A DNA stretch of 64,000 nucleotides from Octopus sinensis (Eukaryota), in contig NC_043005.1 of the NCBI RefSeq assembly GCF_006345805.1, positions 38,502,001 to 38,566,000 of the forward strand, written 5' to 3'. Position 1 is the first letter of the stretch; each line of letters begins with the position of its first letter. A program made the translations under genes and the position numbers. Of this stretch, positions 39,555-53,639 are shown piece by piece. The notes below the pieces were generated by a model, which was not told the origin of the DNA, ran no database searches, and was given only the letters and a program-made list of their open reading frames with translations.

Positions 39555-39602
39555 GATTAGGTTTGATAGTGCAAGCAGGGAAAAGAGCTCAAACCATGAG
39601 TG

Positions 39603-39674
<72 letters not shown>

Positions 39675-39693
39675 CTATCTATCCATCCATCTA

Positions 39694-39968
39694 CGAGGGA
39701 CGTTCAATAAGTAATGTCCCTGACCCACTTGCAGTTGTTTGATCTAGCTGAAATTTTGCATGTGCAATTATTTATATCTCAATAGATTAAGTGGCAAATT
39801 ACAGCTCTGAACTAATTGTGGTTTCTGATTTGCAGGTGTTTGAACTGAGTCAAGTGTGAAATGGAGCCTGTTGAGTGTCGTGCAGCGATCCGGTTTTTGT
39901 ATTTGAAAGGACGCACACCACAGGAGACTTTTTATGAAATGAAAGTAACTTATGGTGATGATGCCCCA
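39694..39968 (+). mobile_element. Mariner 5' end: TIR plus N-terminal transposase fragment
   Basis: TA-CGAGGGACGTTCAATAAGTAATG terminus. 39861-39968 encodes MEPVECRAAIRFLYLKGRTPQETFYEMKVTYGDDAP (mariner paired-like HTH start) and is then truncated at a TA-rich tract. Confidence 0.85.
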
Positions 39969-40861
39969 TATATTTAAATGTATATATAAATGTATATATG
40001 TATATGTATGTATATGTACATATATGTATGTATGGATACTTTGTTGATTGTTTATATGTAGGAAAGCAAGTATGTGGGTTAGCATGATCTCCCCCGCCTC
40101 CCTCCCAAACAATTATAAAAATTACGTCTCTATCAACAAATATTCCAGAACTAACCTTATATTTCTTTCTCTCTCCTATTATCCCCTTTTTTTATCTGAA
40201 GTCAATTATCTTACATCTCGTTAATCAACACCCCCCCCCCCAACACACACCTAACCCCATCTTTAACACAGAAAATTACTGGAGCTTCTCTTTATGAAAT
40301 TAAGATAGTTGATTTCAGCCGTAACAGAATTTGATTAACATCTGACCATCGTATTTTTCGCCAAAGGTCAAGTATTCAAATGGAACCAGCAGGAGGGCAC
40401 TTTCACAAGCCCTTCACATAACACACTTTAAACACTCCACCACCTCCTAACTCCACTCTCGATCAATTATCTTGTTTTTACCATTCACTATTTCCTTTCA
40501 GCTCTTGTTCATCAACACTACTCCACTCCCATAATTATTCGCAAACCTCAGTCCCACCCCAGACACACTTAGATCTCTTATATTTAGAATCTTACAGCAC
40601 AACGCAACCTGAGCTCGGGGTGACAATCGACGAATGCGAGAGTTATCTCCTGAAAAGTTCACGGGGAATCTTTAAAAAATCTCCCCACCGAAGTTAACCA
40701 AGAACTTACTAGATCTAAAAACCAAACTGTAAAATTATATTAGAAAATTAAATTGATTAAAACTACCAGTGAAGTCATTCTTTTCCTTTTTCAAATATAC
40801 CTAACTGTACCAAGGATCTCACACATTTTCCAGTACATATATATATATGTTTATATTCTGC

Positions 40862-41810
40862 AGATGACGGTGTGGTGTAGGGGTGAATGTGGGTGTGGAG
40901 TATGTGGGAGTGGGGTGGGTGAAGTTTGGTATCAATGAAGAGAGAAGGTGGTTAGGAGTGAAGAGAGGAGAGGAGGGGAGTCAGATGAAAAGAGGCGGGG
41001 AGTTGAGCGCATGTTCTTCTCCATGGAGAGGGCTGGAGTCCGGATGGCCCCGTGCAAAGACAATCCGAACACAGGTGTTGTAGTGAATGACTGGCAGAGC
41101 AGAAATGACACGAGACAGGGGTGTCATTGCAAAGTCTGATGTCTCGGAGGTGCTCTGCGAACCAGTCAGTAAAGAAGTGTCTCGTTTGATCGATTTACAG
41201 AGAAGGGCAGAAAGAGCAGGCGATGCAGTAAATGACGTTGCTAGAAGTGCAGGTAAAGGAGTTGGTGATATGATAGGGACGATGATGATGCCAGTGAGGT
41301 TGGCGGTGTTGGAGAGGTAGATTTGGCAGAAACGTTAGAACGCCGGGCGAAATGCTTAGCGGTATTTCGTCTGCCGTTACGTTCTGAGTTCAAATTACGC
41401 CGAGGTCGACTTTACCTTTCATCCTTTCGGGGTCGATTAAATGAGTACCAGTTACACACTGGGGTCGATAAAATCGACTTAATCCATTTGTCTGTCCCTG
41501 TTTGTCCCCTCTGTATTTAGCCCCTTGTGGGTAGTAAAAAAATAGGTGTTGGAGAGGTAGTGCAAGTGCGGCAGGGTGGGTGGGAGCAGGGGAATCAGTC
41601 AGAAAGGGAGGTGGGGTTAAGGAAGAAACTGTGGACCGAGAGATCACGCGGGTTGTGGGCTCGTTTGAAAGAGAGGAGTGAGATTTGCAAGATGGAGGGA
41701 TCGGACTGGAGTCGCCGAAAGGCACGGAGAATGGTACGTTGGAGAGGCAGGGTGGAGAGTGGTAGATGAGGCGAAACGGAAGATGGGCAACGGTGGGGCA
41801 GGTGCTATTC
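40862..41810 (-). mobile_element. Penelope-like element remnant with GIY-YIG endonuclease, interrupted by a SINE
   Basis: Minus strand gives YHITNSFTCTSSNVIYCIACSFCPSL*IDQT..FAEHLRDIRLCNDTPVSCHF, matching the PLE motif FTC.S.NVIY.I.C..C...YIGQT.R....RF.EH. Confidence 0.85.
41321..41544 (+). mobile_element. Family A SINE monomer with 15-16 bp target-site duplication
   Basis: (G)GTGTTGGAGAGGTAG occurs at 41305-41320 and again at 41545-41560. Confidence 0.92.
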
Positions 41811-41894
41811 CGCCAATCTCCGCCAATCTTACTCTATCTCCGCCTATCTCACTCTCTCCCAGGTGTTTTAAAACCCAGCATTACTAGGAAATCT

Positions 41895-42665
41895 CCCAAA
41901 ATGTTATTCCGCATTTTTGAAAATTTTTCACAAAAGTTTTTGAAAATATTCCCAAAATATTTTGGAAAATTTTCCCTAAAAATTTTTGAAAGTTTTCCCT
42001 AAAAATTTTTGAAAATATTTCCCAAAATTTTTCGGAAATTTTTCAAAAAATTTTTGAAAATTATCCCCAAAAAGTTTTGCTAAATTTCCCCCAAAATTTT
42101 TGTAAATTTTCCTCAAAAATTTTTGAAAAATCTTTGAAAATTTTCCTCAAAAATTTTTGAAAATTTTTCCCAAAAATTTTCGGAAACTTTTCCCAAAATT
42201 TTAAAAACTTTTTCCCAAAAATTATTGAAAATTTTCCTCAAAATTCTTTGAAAAAGTTTTGAAAATTTTTCGCCAAAATTTTTGAAAATTCTCCTCAAAA
42301 ATTTTTGAAATTTTCCTAAAAAATTTTTTTTTAAATTTTGAAAATTTTTCCCCAAAATTTTATAAATTTTCCTCAAAAATTTTTGAAAATTTTTCCCAAA
42401 AATTTTTGGAAACTTTTCCCAAATTTTTGAAACTTTTTCCCAAAAATTTTTGAAAATTTTCCTAAAAAATTTTTGAAAATCTTCTGTAAAAATTTATGAA
42501 AATTTTCCTGAAAAATTTTTGAAAACGTTCTAAAAATTTTCCTGAAAAATTTTCGCCAAAATTTTAAAAAGTTTTCCTTAAAAATTTTTGAAAACTTTTT
42601 GAAAATTTTCCTCTAAAAATTTTTGGAATATTTTTGAAAATTTTTCCCAAAAAGTTTTGAAAATT
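41895..42665. repeat. AT-rich satellite, ~11/22-bp period (AAAAATTTTTGAAAATTTTCCC)
   Basis: Directly visible, almost entirely AnTn palindromes separated by G or C runs. Confidence 0.92.
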
Positions 42666-43185
42666 CCCGGAATTTGCCGGTGATTGCCGGAGATTGCTGG
42701 AGATTGCCGGAAATTGCTAGAATTTACATAAATTTGCCGGAGATTGCCGGAATTTTCCGGAATGTACCGGAATTTGTTGGAGATTACCGGAGTTTGCAGG
42801 AAATTGCCGGCGTTTGCCGGAATTTGCCGGAGAATACCGGAATTTACAGGAATTTGCCGGAATATGCCGGAGATTACCGGAATTTGCCGGAAGTTGCCGG
42901 TGTTTTCCGAAAATTACCGGAGTTTGCCGGAATTTGTCGGAGATTACCGGAATTTACTGGAATTTGCCGGAATTTGCCGGAGATTGCCGGAAATCGGCGG
43001 AGTTTTCCGGAGATTACCGGAGTTTGCCGGAATCTACCGGAATTTGCCGGAATTTACTGGAGATTATCGGAGATTGGCAGAGTTTGCCGGAAATTGCCGG
43101 AAGTTGCCGTAGATTACCGGAAATTGCTGGAATTTGCCGCATATTACCGGAGACAACCGGAGATAGCCGGAGATTACCGGCGATT
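42666..43185. repeat. 10-bp-period satellite (GCCGGAATTT / GCCGGAGATT / ACCGGAATTT)
   Basis: Directly visible, CCGG recurring every 10 bp. Confidence 0.93.
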
Positions 43186-43677
43186 ATCAAACTACTAAGA
43201 AAGAATGTTCTCCAGAGAAAATTCAGCGGTTTTAAATTGATATTAATTAAATTAATATTTAAATGTTAAAATAATCGTTCTCTAATAGGCATTATCAACT
43301 GCAGTACATTATTTGCTGCAGAATTTGTTTCCAGAATTTAGCGCGTCAGAACTCAGACATTTGAAATTAACCCCAATGTAATCTGTAGAACTAAGCACGT
43401 GTCTGGTTTTATACAGAAAACTGGTGGTTAGTTTTACAAATTATATTGCTTTTGGAACGATCGTACTGATGAATCTACGGACGAAGGATTACGTAAGTAA
43501 TTTATTCGGTGATAGACGAAATCGGTATACGATTAATTCTTGATTTTTATATGTTCTGGTGTCCGCTGAATTTTTATATGTTCTGGTGTCCGCTGGAGAA
43601 CATTCTTTCTTTGTAGTTTGATCGTATGTGATCTACTTCTAGCATATGGCTGTCCACCTAGTGGTTTTTAGCCCTAA
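43186..43677. mobile_element. MITE with long TIRs; left TIR truncated at the satellite
   Basis: 43186-43215 and 43593-43622 form a 30-bp inverted repeat with 1 mismatch. The right flank 43623-43677 is homologous to the arm of the 57750-57912 palindrome. Confidence 0.75.
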
Positions 43678-44869
43678 ATACACACACACACACACACATA
43701 TATATAAATATTATCGCTGTATGCATGTATGTGCCTCACATTGGAACTCGGACCATACCATTACGGATCTAGCTCTGAATCTCCCTGCTATGCTTGTATT
43801 TATACATACTTTAGCGGATTTTCAAAAAGTAATTAATCATTGTTTTTCAAACTAATTGGTGATTATGTTTTTACTGCTTTCCTTATCTGCCAATCCTAGC
43901 AACAGTGACAGATTGCAATTAACCCATTGAGTCAAAGTACAAACAACAACAATAATAATCACATTAACGACAGCAGCAACAGCAACCACAACAACAGCAA
44001 CAACATCGACGGCAATAACAGCAACAACTAACCAAAACACTGGCAAGCAATCACCTGAGTTGTTTTCCTTAACAGCCATGCAGTTTCCGTTAGTGCACGA
44101 AACATGACTGAAAATGTGTGTAACCGAAGCATATCACATCTCTGTATTCTTTCAAACATGTTCTGAAAATGAAACAAGCCCCAAGTAGTCATAATTAATT
44201 ATAGAATGCTTTGAAGACAACTTTCTTCAGGTGTTTTTCTATCTTCAAAGAAATAAACAAAGTTATTTCTTACATTTATTTCTTTTACTTCCTTGTTTTT
44301 CCTTTATTATTCATCGTTTCTCTCTTTTTATCTTTTAACATTTTCACCTTTCCCTCATCTCACGTTTCTATTTTTATTATTTTAAACACCCTCTCCACTC
44401 CACTCCCGTTTCTTTATTCCAAGTAATTTCTCCTCACACTCCTACTCTTTTACTTTGTCTGTCTTATCAGATGGAAATATTTTATTTAAGACATCCCATA
44501 AGTGACCCAGACTTTATCATTATCTATTTACAGCAACGCTTCTCGCAAGCTCTGAGTAGCAGTTTTGTTAATTAAAGTGACTCTTGTTTTCTCCTCAAAA
44601 GTTGGTCACTAAGCCAATTTTCTGTAAATTTGATTAAGATACATTTATTCATGAGAAGTTATGTGCACTTTTTATTATTATTGAATTCAGCTCTCTATTC
44701 ATAGAAAAAAAGACAGTTATATTTAACGTTTCTTCCAGGCATGGTTGTCATTGCCAAATTTATCGTGAGAAACCTAGTTTCCCAAAACTATTCATTTAAC
44801 TCAAGAATCTCTTTCTTTATTACTATCTTGATTAAAATGTAATCGTTACTGAGGCAGCTTTTATCAGCA

Positions 44870-44949
<80 letters not shown>

Positions 44950-46544
44950 CGCGTAAATGTGCATGCGTACATGTGTACATGTGTATCTGTACATGCATAT
45001 AGGTCTGTGTGTGCATGCGTGCTTCAGCAGACTTAGACATCTTATCTGTATAATATTATATCTTCTTTTTACCTCTAGCACGAATCGAGATGTCATACAA
45101 TGAGGATTCTGATGTTAAGAGAAGCAAATTCAATTTCGAAATCATACTTCAAATTTATTACTCTCTTTATTATATCACTGACATTTAGTCTTGAACGTCA
45201 TTTATATTTCCTGGCTAAAAAAAAATAGCAGCCCCCACAAAAAAAAACAAAAAAACTGCAGAATCGTAGCAGTTGGATGGATAAGGTGTTAACTCTTTAG
45301 ATTAAGCAGTTAAGACTACGTGCATTTTTACTAGTGGGAACCTGAATTCTTCGAGCGTACAATTACCTTCGCTTGAAGCGACATTTTCCCTTGTTGCCGG
45401 CAGAGGTAATACTTCCCGGAACATCTTTTTCTACTTTAAAGTTATTCCGGCTATTTTGCTCTCCGAGCACCCTTCTTCACAGATGATTACGTTAGGCAGG
45501 TAATAATAGAAGCAACTAACTACTTCAATGGACAGTCCACCCATGGGAACCCAAACCCTTGTAATATACTTTAATATTTTATCCTTTACTTGTTCAGTCA
45601 TAGGGCTGAGGGCATGGTGAGATACCGACTTGAAGGGTTTAGTGGAACTAAGTATGGTACTTATTCTATCGATCTTTTGTTGAACTTCTAAGTTACCGAA
45701 GCATAAACAGACCAATGCTGTTTGTCAAGTGGTGAGGAGATAGAAGCAAAGACTCAATCACATACATCCACACAAATGTATATACGACGTGCTTCCACAC
45801 AGCTTTTATCAACTGAGTCCCCTCAATAAGCATTGGGCGGTGTGGGGCCCCAGTAGATGATGCTTGTCCAAGGAGCCAAGCAGTGGAATTGAACCTGAAA
45901 CTACGTGGCTGCAAAGCAAACTTTTTAACTGCGCAGCCATGCCTGTGCAGACCACACAGCCATACCTGTGCATACCACACACTTATGTCGAATGCTAGTT
46001 GAAAATTCTTAGGCTGCTGTTTCTTGCCGGAAGAAAGATCACGTCAGTATTCTGTAGTCATAATTTTCGTAATAATTGTTGTTGTTTGGTTAGCTGCAGC
46101 TCGACCCTGATTGAACAAATTTATAATCAAAGAAACATGCCGTTATTTTCACAAGGCAGTAAGATATAGTTTGAAGTGAATTTGACTGTTATTTCTCGCG
46201 GGTCGAGTGAGTAGTTAGGAACATTAATGTAGCATAATATACATTACTAGATTGAGAAAACTGAACAAGTTTGCAGAAAGTCATCCTTATCGTCACCCCT
46301 GCACCTCCACCTCATCATCACCATCGTTATCATCATCCTCATGATCATCATCCCAACCGCAATCATTTTTAGGATTACTTCACTTATCTCCGATTCTAAG
46401 ATTTGTTTATATATATATATAATATTTAGAGGTTCCACACGGATGTATATTGAAATTATGTGTCCCGAAACCGTTATATATTTCCTTTCTATTTTCCATC
46501 ATAAATTTTCTCAGAATTTCTGTCTTCTCATTTTCTCATTTGTT

Positions 46545-46578
<34 letters not shown>

Positions 46579-49500
46579 TAATACACGTTTCAATTGCACT
46601 TGGATGTCTGATGAAATGGTCTGGTTATGTAATAATATGATATAGTACATTACTGACCAAATAAACAACCATCGTTTGGAACGTATATAACATGAAGCGA
46701 ACAATACTTCTTTCCATATACCACTGTATATGTGTATGTGCTGTGTGTATATGTATATGTGTGTATATGAAAGTATACACGTATACATACAAACCCCATG
46801 ACCTCCAAGGAGTCGAAAATTTAGAATAAAGGCTATACATCTTCATGAATGAGAGAAATCAATCGACAATACTTTATATCTCTGCTTCATAAATAACGCG
46901 ACTTATCCATAATGTGAATGTAATGCAAACGATCTTTCTTTTGGCATCATAATATAATTAACATTGTACTGTCCAAAGGAAACAGTAGATCTGTATCTTA
47001 CAAGAAACACTTAGGCTCAGTGAATCTTGAATTTCTATAAAACTCAGTAGAAATCAATTCCCTAAGATGTTTTGAAGCACAACTTACTCGAAGATCTCTC
47101 TATCCAACACAATTAATTGAAACTGGAACAATTGATGCTAGTAATATTTCTGATATCTGGCAGAAGGCCTGAAATTTTGAAAAGGAAAAGGCGATTACAA
47201 TGAATCCAGTGCTCAGTTGGCACTGTCTTGTCGACCGCGAAAGGATGAAATTCTTTGGTATAACTTGAACTCAAAACGTAGAACCGGAAGAAATGCCTGC
47301 TCGCTGGTATAAATGCAAGCAATAATGTATCTAAAATGGTAACTTTCACAAATATATAATTCTCAGAGATATAAATTGTCTGTTGAAAGAAAGAATAAAC
47401 ATCACAGATTGTGTAAATAAACAAAGCATGGACAGCAGAATGTCCGACATAAAAGAACACGGCACGAATTCTCGAATAAAATAAATAACTTCTTTGAAAA
47501 TGAGACAGTAGGAAGATATAACATGGCCGTAGACAACATAAAAAAACGAATGCTAAAGTTGTCTATAAATTCGAGAAAGAATTAGCTTCGGTGGATTACA
47601 ATATAGTACTATTATTCCAAGGAAATAGATCACTAACTGTAGACAGCAGAAGAGTAAGTTTATTACTGAATGAATAATGCAAAGGTTTTTTCACATGCAA
47701 ATAAAGGTGCCAAGTGAATTCTTCAACACAACAGTTTTACATCGATTACATTGATATAAGGAAAGAAGATGGAATATTAGCTGAAGTTATTATGAACCGA
47801 AAATCAGCAAAATTGAGGGCTTCTTAATATTCTCTTAGTAATACGTAAAAAGGGGTTTTCAAAACCACTTTAGATACCTTTTATAATATTCTGGCAAGTG
47901 GTAAGTTCTTTCAAATGCCAAAAGTATAGGTAGAATTGATGCTTAAAATTACAGTCCTACCGTTTTAAATGTACACATTAGCAAAATCATGGAACTAATT
48001 AACCGAGAGAAACCGATTACATTCTTCGTGTTAAATGACATGAAGACTGAATCCATATACTTCTGCAGGAACACATATACTCTCGATTGGTCTTGAGCCA
48101 CAAAGCAGGGAATGAGGAAAAGATCCCCCGCATTAAACCCAACCTAGTATTGGTACCAGGAAGTTACGCAACCGCAGAGCATATACAATTTAACCATTTT
48201 TTGTCGTACATTCTTTTTGCTCAAAATTTGGAGTTATTGCTCTTTTGAAGAAGAGTCGACCACATCTGGAAATTACAAACAAAAACTTCAGATTGAAGAT
48301 TAAATGAATATTAAATGAAATCGTAACGTTTTAATCGTACAAAAATGGAAGCAAAATGTGAGATCAGATGACATCAGAATAAAGGAGTAACATAAAAAAT
48401 CTACATTGTCAAAACTTCTTTTCAAACACCAGATCAGAAATATTCGGCAAATGCAAACAGTTTGAAAGGCGTTTATTACAGAATAGAAAAACGCCAACTT
48501 CAAAAAAGGAAAACCACACAATTGCACGGATATTGGAAATTGGTGCATATTAGATTTTCTTCTCTTTACTAGGTAACCTCTATACTCTTCCACTTTTCCA
48601 CTTTCATTTGTTTAATTTTTCCGCAAATATAAACCTTCATCTTTTATGGCTACTTTGTTGTTGCCCATTTGATTATAAATCAGTACTCTTCATTTCTAAA
48701 TATCATACTTGTTTTTCTAATTTTTCAAATATAAATATATTTATGTTCTTCAAAATCTAAAAAATTAAAAACTGTTATTGTTCCACCGCTTTCATTCAAG
48801 AGGGCTACGTAAGTAGTTTTCCTCTGTCCATTAGTTATAGCGCAAGAGGATATGTGGTGGACAAGACTGTAAAAATTGAGGAAAGCCATTTTCCTTTCCG
48901 AACCATTTCTCATTGAGTTTTTCAACTATCACTTAGAAAAAGAAATAATGATGATGAGAGATGATGTTAAGAATGCACCTCTAGATTGAAACCAATAGCT
49001 ATGCGAGAAGAGTGCCTTTGGCAAGTAAGAGTACTTGACTGTGTTTGATTCATTCATTGGACCTAGCAGATATGTCATCTTTATGTAACCTGTCATTGCA
49101 ATGTCCCTTTCATTTGTTGCCCCAGTAACAAACAAGAAAAAATTAGGCAGTGCAGTCGGTAGATGTTCCACTTTAACTACATACGGAGAACTAGTTGTAG
49201 GTAAAAATGATGACACTTTTGGGGAAAATGTCGGCGTTTACGAGAACAAACAGGCTAGCCTTTGCGAGAAAATTTTGTGTCAGTGACTACCATGCATAAT
49301 TCCAGTTATCCTTAGCTTAGCAATGCAACCTTGGAAATTACCGAATTACCGTTTGATGACGCTCTACAGGCACGAAAGTCCAATCACCCAGGACAGTTCA
49401 AAATGTGAGCAGAACGAGGAAATAGATTTTCATGCACTCATGCGGTAATGGAACATACTCGCGGAATTATGCCGTAGAATGGATCCAGCTATCAGGCTAG

Positions 49501-49989
49501 TCCATCGTGAAGATAACCTTACTGCCTCCGTTCGGTAGGGCTGGGTAGATTGTTTTTAGAAGTCTGTTGACTATGACATAAGAGAGCATGTAGTGGACGA
49601 GGCTGAAATGGTTGCAGACGTACATCTCCACCTTTGCTCAAGTCCCATCAACCTTAACGATTTCCACTTGGAAAGGAGACTGAGGATAGTAAGGGAGGTG
49701 CTCTCTCATCCAGGGAAACTGTCAAAAAGAGGGTGATTGCGATTAAAGTGAAAGGGACTATTCTACGCATGCAACTGTAGATCAGACACGATTAGAAGAT
49801 GGCACGTGTCTTATGAGGTCGAGTTAATCTTGTATGCACGAGGGGGTACTGAAAAGTTCCTGGCTATAAGGATAACGCATCTTCCCCTTTTTCTCTTCAC
49901 ACGATTCTGGGAAAAACCTGAATGTCCCCTTCAAGAGGCCCGCAACAAACGAACAGTCAACATCACTATAATTATTGTTGTTGTTACTG

Positions 49990-50004
49990 TCGCCGTTACT
50001 ACTA

Positions 50005-50061
<57 letters not shown>

Positions 50062-50180
50062 CACTACTACTACTACTACTACTACTATTACTACTACTAC
50101 AACAACAACAACAACAACAAGTATTACTACTACTACCACCACCACCACCACCACAGGTAGCATTATTATTATTATTATAA
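49990..50180. repeat. Compound (CTA/CAC/AAC/TTA)n microsatellite
   Basis: Directly visible. A similar (ATT)n(AGT)n tract lies at 50735-50865. Confidence 0.9.
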
Positions 50181-50183
50181 GTT

Positions 50184-50734
50184 AAGGGGGCTAGCTGGCA
50201 GAATCGTCAGTACGCCTCGCGAAATACTTAGCGGTATTTCGCCTGCCGCTACGTTCTGAGTTCAAATTCCGCCGAGGTCGACTTTGCCTTTCATCCTTTC
50301 AGGGTCGATAAATTAAGTACCAGCTACGCACTGGGGTCGATGTAATCGACTTAATCTGTTTGTCTGTTCTTGTTTGTCCTCTCTGTGTTTAGCCTCTTGT
50401 GGGTAGTAAAGAAATAGGTATTTCCAAAGAAATAGGTATTTCGTCTGTCTTTACGTTCTGAGTTCAAATTTCGCCGAGGTCGACTATGCCTTTCATCCTT
50501 TCGGGGTTGATTAAATAAGTACCAGTTACGCACTGGGGTCGATATAATCGACTTAATCCGTTTGTCTATCCTTGTTTGTTCCCTCAGTGTTTAGCCCCTT
50601 GTGGGTAGTAAAGAATTAGGTATTTTGCCTGTCTTCAAATACTACTAGGGTCGACTTTGCCTTTCATCCTTCCGGGGTCGATAAATTAAGTACCAGTTAC
50701 GCAAATCTGAGGCCTTGTGCTTCCAGTAAGAAGG

Positions 50735-50735
<1 letters not shown>
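50184..50735 (+). mobile_element. Family A SINE trimer
   Basis: Junctions AAAGAAATAG|GTATTT at ~50416, ~50435 and ~50617. Confidence 0.88.
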
Positions 50736-50777
<42 letters not shown>

Positions 50778-50792
50778 TATTATTATTATTAT

Positions 50793-50866
<74 letters not shown>

Positions 50867-51526
50867 ACATTATTCTTTATTGGAGGCATGCTGATTATTT
50901 TTTCCGTCTAAAAGGGTATATTAGCCGATTCTCTAACCTATTTTCACAGTTATTCTCCCGCGTTCGAGATTTCCTTCATTTCAAAAATACCAACTCATTC
51001 GGCGATTCAATGTTTGTTTATATATAAAAATGTTTTTACAGGAAGTTAGACTACGAAAAGCAAGAATAACAAAAACAAATGGAACAAAAATAAATACGAC
51101 GACAACATCATCATTGAAAAGACCCCCATCCCCTCCACCACTACTACCGACATTGACAACAACAAAAACAACAGCAACAATAAGAAGGGCTTTAGCATCC
51201 ACATGACTATAATATATGTGCAACGAGACATAATGTGTTTCTATGATTATGTATGAGAAAGTGCGCTTTATACGAACTATATACATATATACATACCCTT
51301 TTTACACAAGCATATATATATATATATATATATATACATGCATACACATATGCATATATATATACGTATGTAAATATGTGCATATGTATACTTGCATGCA
51401 ATCGCCAATACATATCTCCATAGACACACACACATATGCATGTACTTTGCGCTTATATAAATATACATATATATAATATATATATATACTTATATCTGTA
51501 TGTATGTATATATGTACTATTTATTT

Positions 51527-51560
<34 letters not shown>

Positions 51561-51906
51561 AGTATACAGGCATACGTGTGTGTATTATACTTAGTAATAT
51601 CTATTTTCTTATTCTCTTGGACAGCTGGTTCCATATCCCGAGGTTAGAAGTTTAAACTCACTGGAAAATAAACAATAGGACAACTTGAGTTTATTGAGTT
51701 TTAGGTGACAGTCAGTCTGTGTAAAACTGAGAAAGACTATATCAAAGTTGCATCTTTTCTACAAGTATAGAGCTTCAGGGTTTGAAGTGGTTTGCGTCGG
51801 TAACCCCCAGTTTCTGATAACGTAAGTAAATAACTTAAGTAAACAATAATCGATTGGTGGAAACTTTAGAACAGATAAGATAGAAAAATCTATTAAGGTA
51901 TACATA

Positions 51907-51937
<31 letters not shown>

Positions 51938-51938
51938 G

Positions 51939-52029
<91 letters not shown>

Positions 52030-52076
52030 CGCACACATACTCCTCCACACTACACACGCATCCATTTCCAAGCAAG

Positions 52077-52146
<70 letters not shown>

Positions 52147-52187
52147 GTGTGTGTGTGTGTGTGTGTGTGTGTATTTATGCATATATG

Positions 52188-52234
<47 letters not shown>

Positions 52235-52235
52235 G

Positions 52236-52305
<70 letters not shown>

Positions 52306-52883
52306 TGTGCGTGTATATGTGTATATACGACGAGCTTCTTTCAGTTTCCGTCTACCAAATCCCCTCGCAAGGCTTTGGTCGGTCCGGAGCTATAGTAGAA
52401 AGCACTTTCCCAAGGTGCTACTCAGTGGGACCGAAACCGGAAGCATGCGGTTGAGAAGCAAGCTTCTTACCACACAGTCACGCTTGCGCTTACACACACA
52501 CACGTACACACACACGCAGACACACACCATGAAGACACATGGCTCAGTGGTTAGAGCGTGGGGCTCATAATCATGAGGTAGTGAGTTCGATTCCTAGACC
52601 GAGCTGTGTGTTGTGCTCTCGAGCATATCACTATTTCACATTGCTCCAGTTCGCTAGTCGTAGAAATGAGTTGCGACGTCACTGGTGCCAAGCTTTCTCT
52701 TGGAAAACATCCGTGGCGAGAAGAAGGGAGGCGGGTATGCATGACCGAATACTGGTCTTCCATAAAAACAACCTTGCCTGGACTTGTGCCTCGGAGGGGA
52801 ACTTTCTAGGCGTATGTAAATGATCTTTACCCTTATATAGGCACCTTAATGCGTATGTATGTGTGTGTGTGTGTACATATATA

Positions 52884-52923
<40 letters not shown>

Positions 52924-53478
52924 TATATATATATGTATATATGTATATATAAGTGCATATATGTATATTTGTATATATAAGTGTACATCTGTACAGACAT
53001 ACACATATAAATATATATTCACGCATGCATGTATATTTACATATATACTTATGTAAAGTATGTCTATTTATGACGTAACGGTAATGGATCTTCGTCGGTT
53101 TCAGCGATGAGAATTTAGTTGTACGATCAACTGAATCTTCTGCTCCTGAATTAGTGTGTAAGTAGCTGAGTATTCCAAACACGCATGTACTTGTTATAGT
53201 CATTCTTAGGCGGAATCAGTGCGGCACAGAATGTGAGAAAGCTAGAACATTCAATTAGAAGCTCACTGTTTCTGTTTACCCAATTTCGTTAATAGGAATC
53301 AATGTAGTGCTAAAAAAATATTAACCCCAGATGCTACACGGCTGGACCGAACACATGAATGCGAAATGAACTTCTTAACTAATGAGCTATAGTCTGGGTG
53401 TGAGTGCGTTTGCGTACCTGCGTGTGACTATATATGAATACATACATGCATATACATATATACACACACGCGCACACG

Positions 53479-53517
<39 letters not shown>

Positions 53518-53639
53518 GTAAGTAAAAAGTTATTCCTTTATGCTCGCCACATTGCTTTCAGCGCTCGTGTTCTAAATGGTGGTACTATCGTGGTTACGTA
53601 ATCGATGTCTAACCTTGATCACACCAGTTTCCAAGACCG

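Noticed and set aside
42113-43269. Repeat ORFs (LPEFAGICRN.., FQKFLGK..) resembling repeat proteins
   Set aside because: Open frames arise from stop-poor satellite units with a 10-bp period that is not a multiple of 3. All three frames are similarly open, and no start or splice context is present.
45483-45499. Possible 17-nt micro-exon (CACAG|ATGATTACGTTAGGCAG|GTAATA)
   Set aside because: Signals of this strength are expected by chance in 64 kb and nothing else supports it.
49250-49760. Possible heavily decayed CR1/Jockey-group LINE C-terminus on the minus strand (WKSLRLMG.., LQPF..)
   Set aside because: Resemblance is too fragmentary to support without an alignment.
975-52570. Dozens of short ORFs rich in IY, YI, CV, TH, LS, poly-T/N/V/L
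   Set aside because: They are translations of (TA)n, (CA)n, (GA)n, (TACA)n and trinucleotide microsatellites, with no domain content.
766-52830. tRNA genes suggested by A-box/B-box motifs (GAGTTCAAATTCC, GGGTTCAGTCCC)
   Set aside because: No complete cloverleaf was seen, and each motif is followed by a shared SINE body. They are SINE heads.
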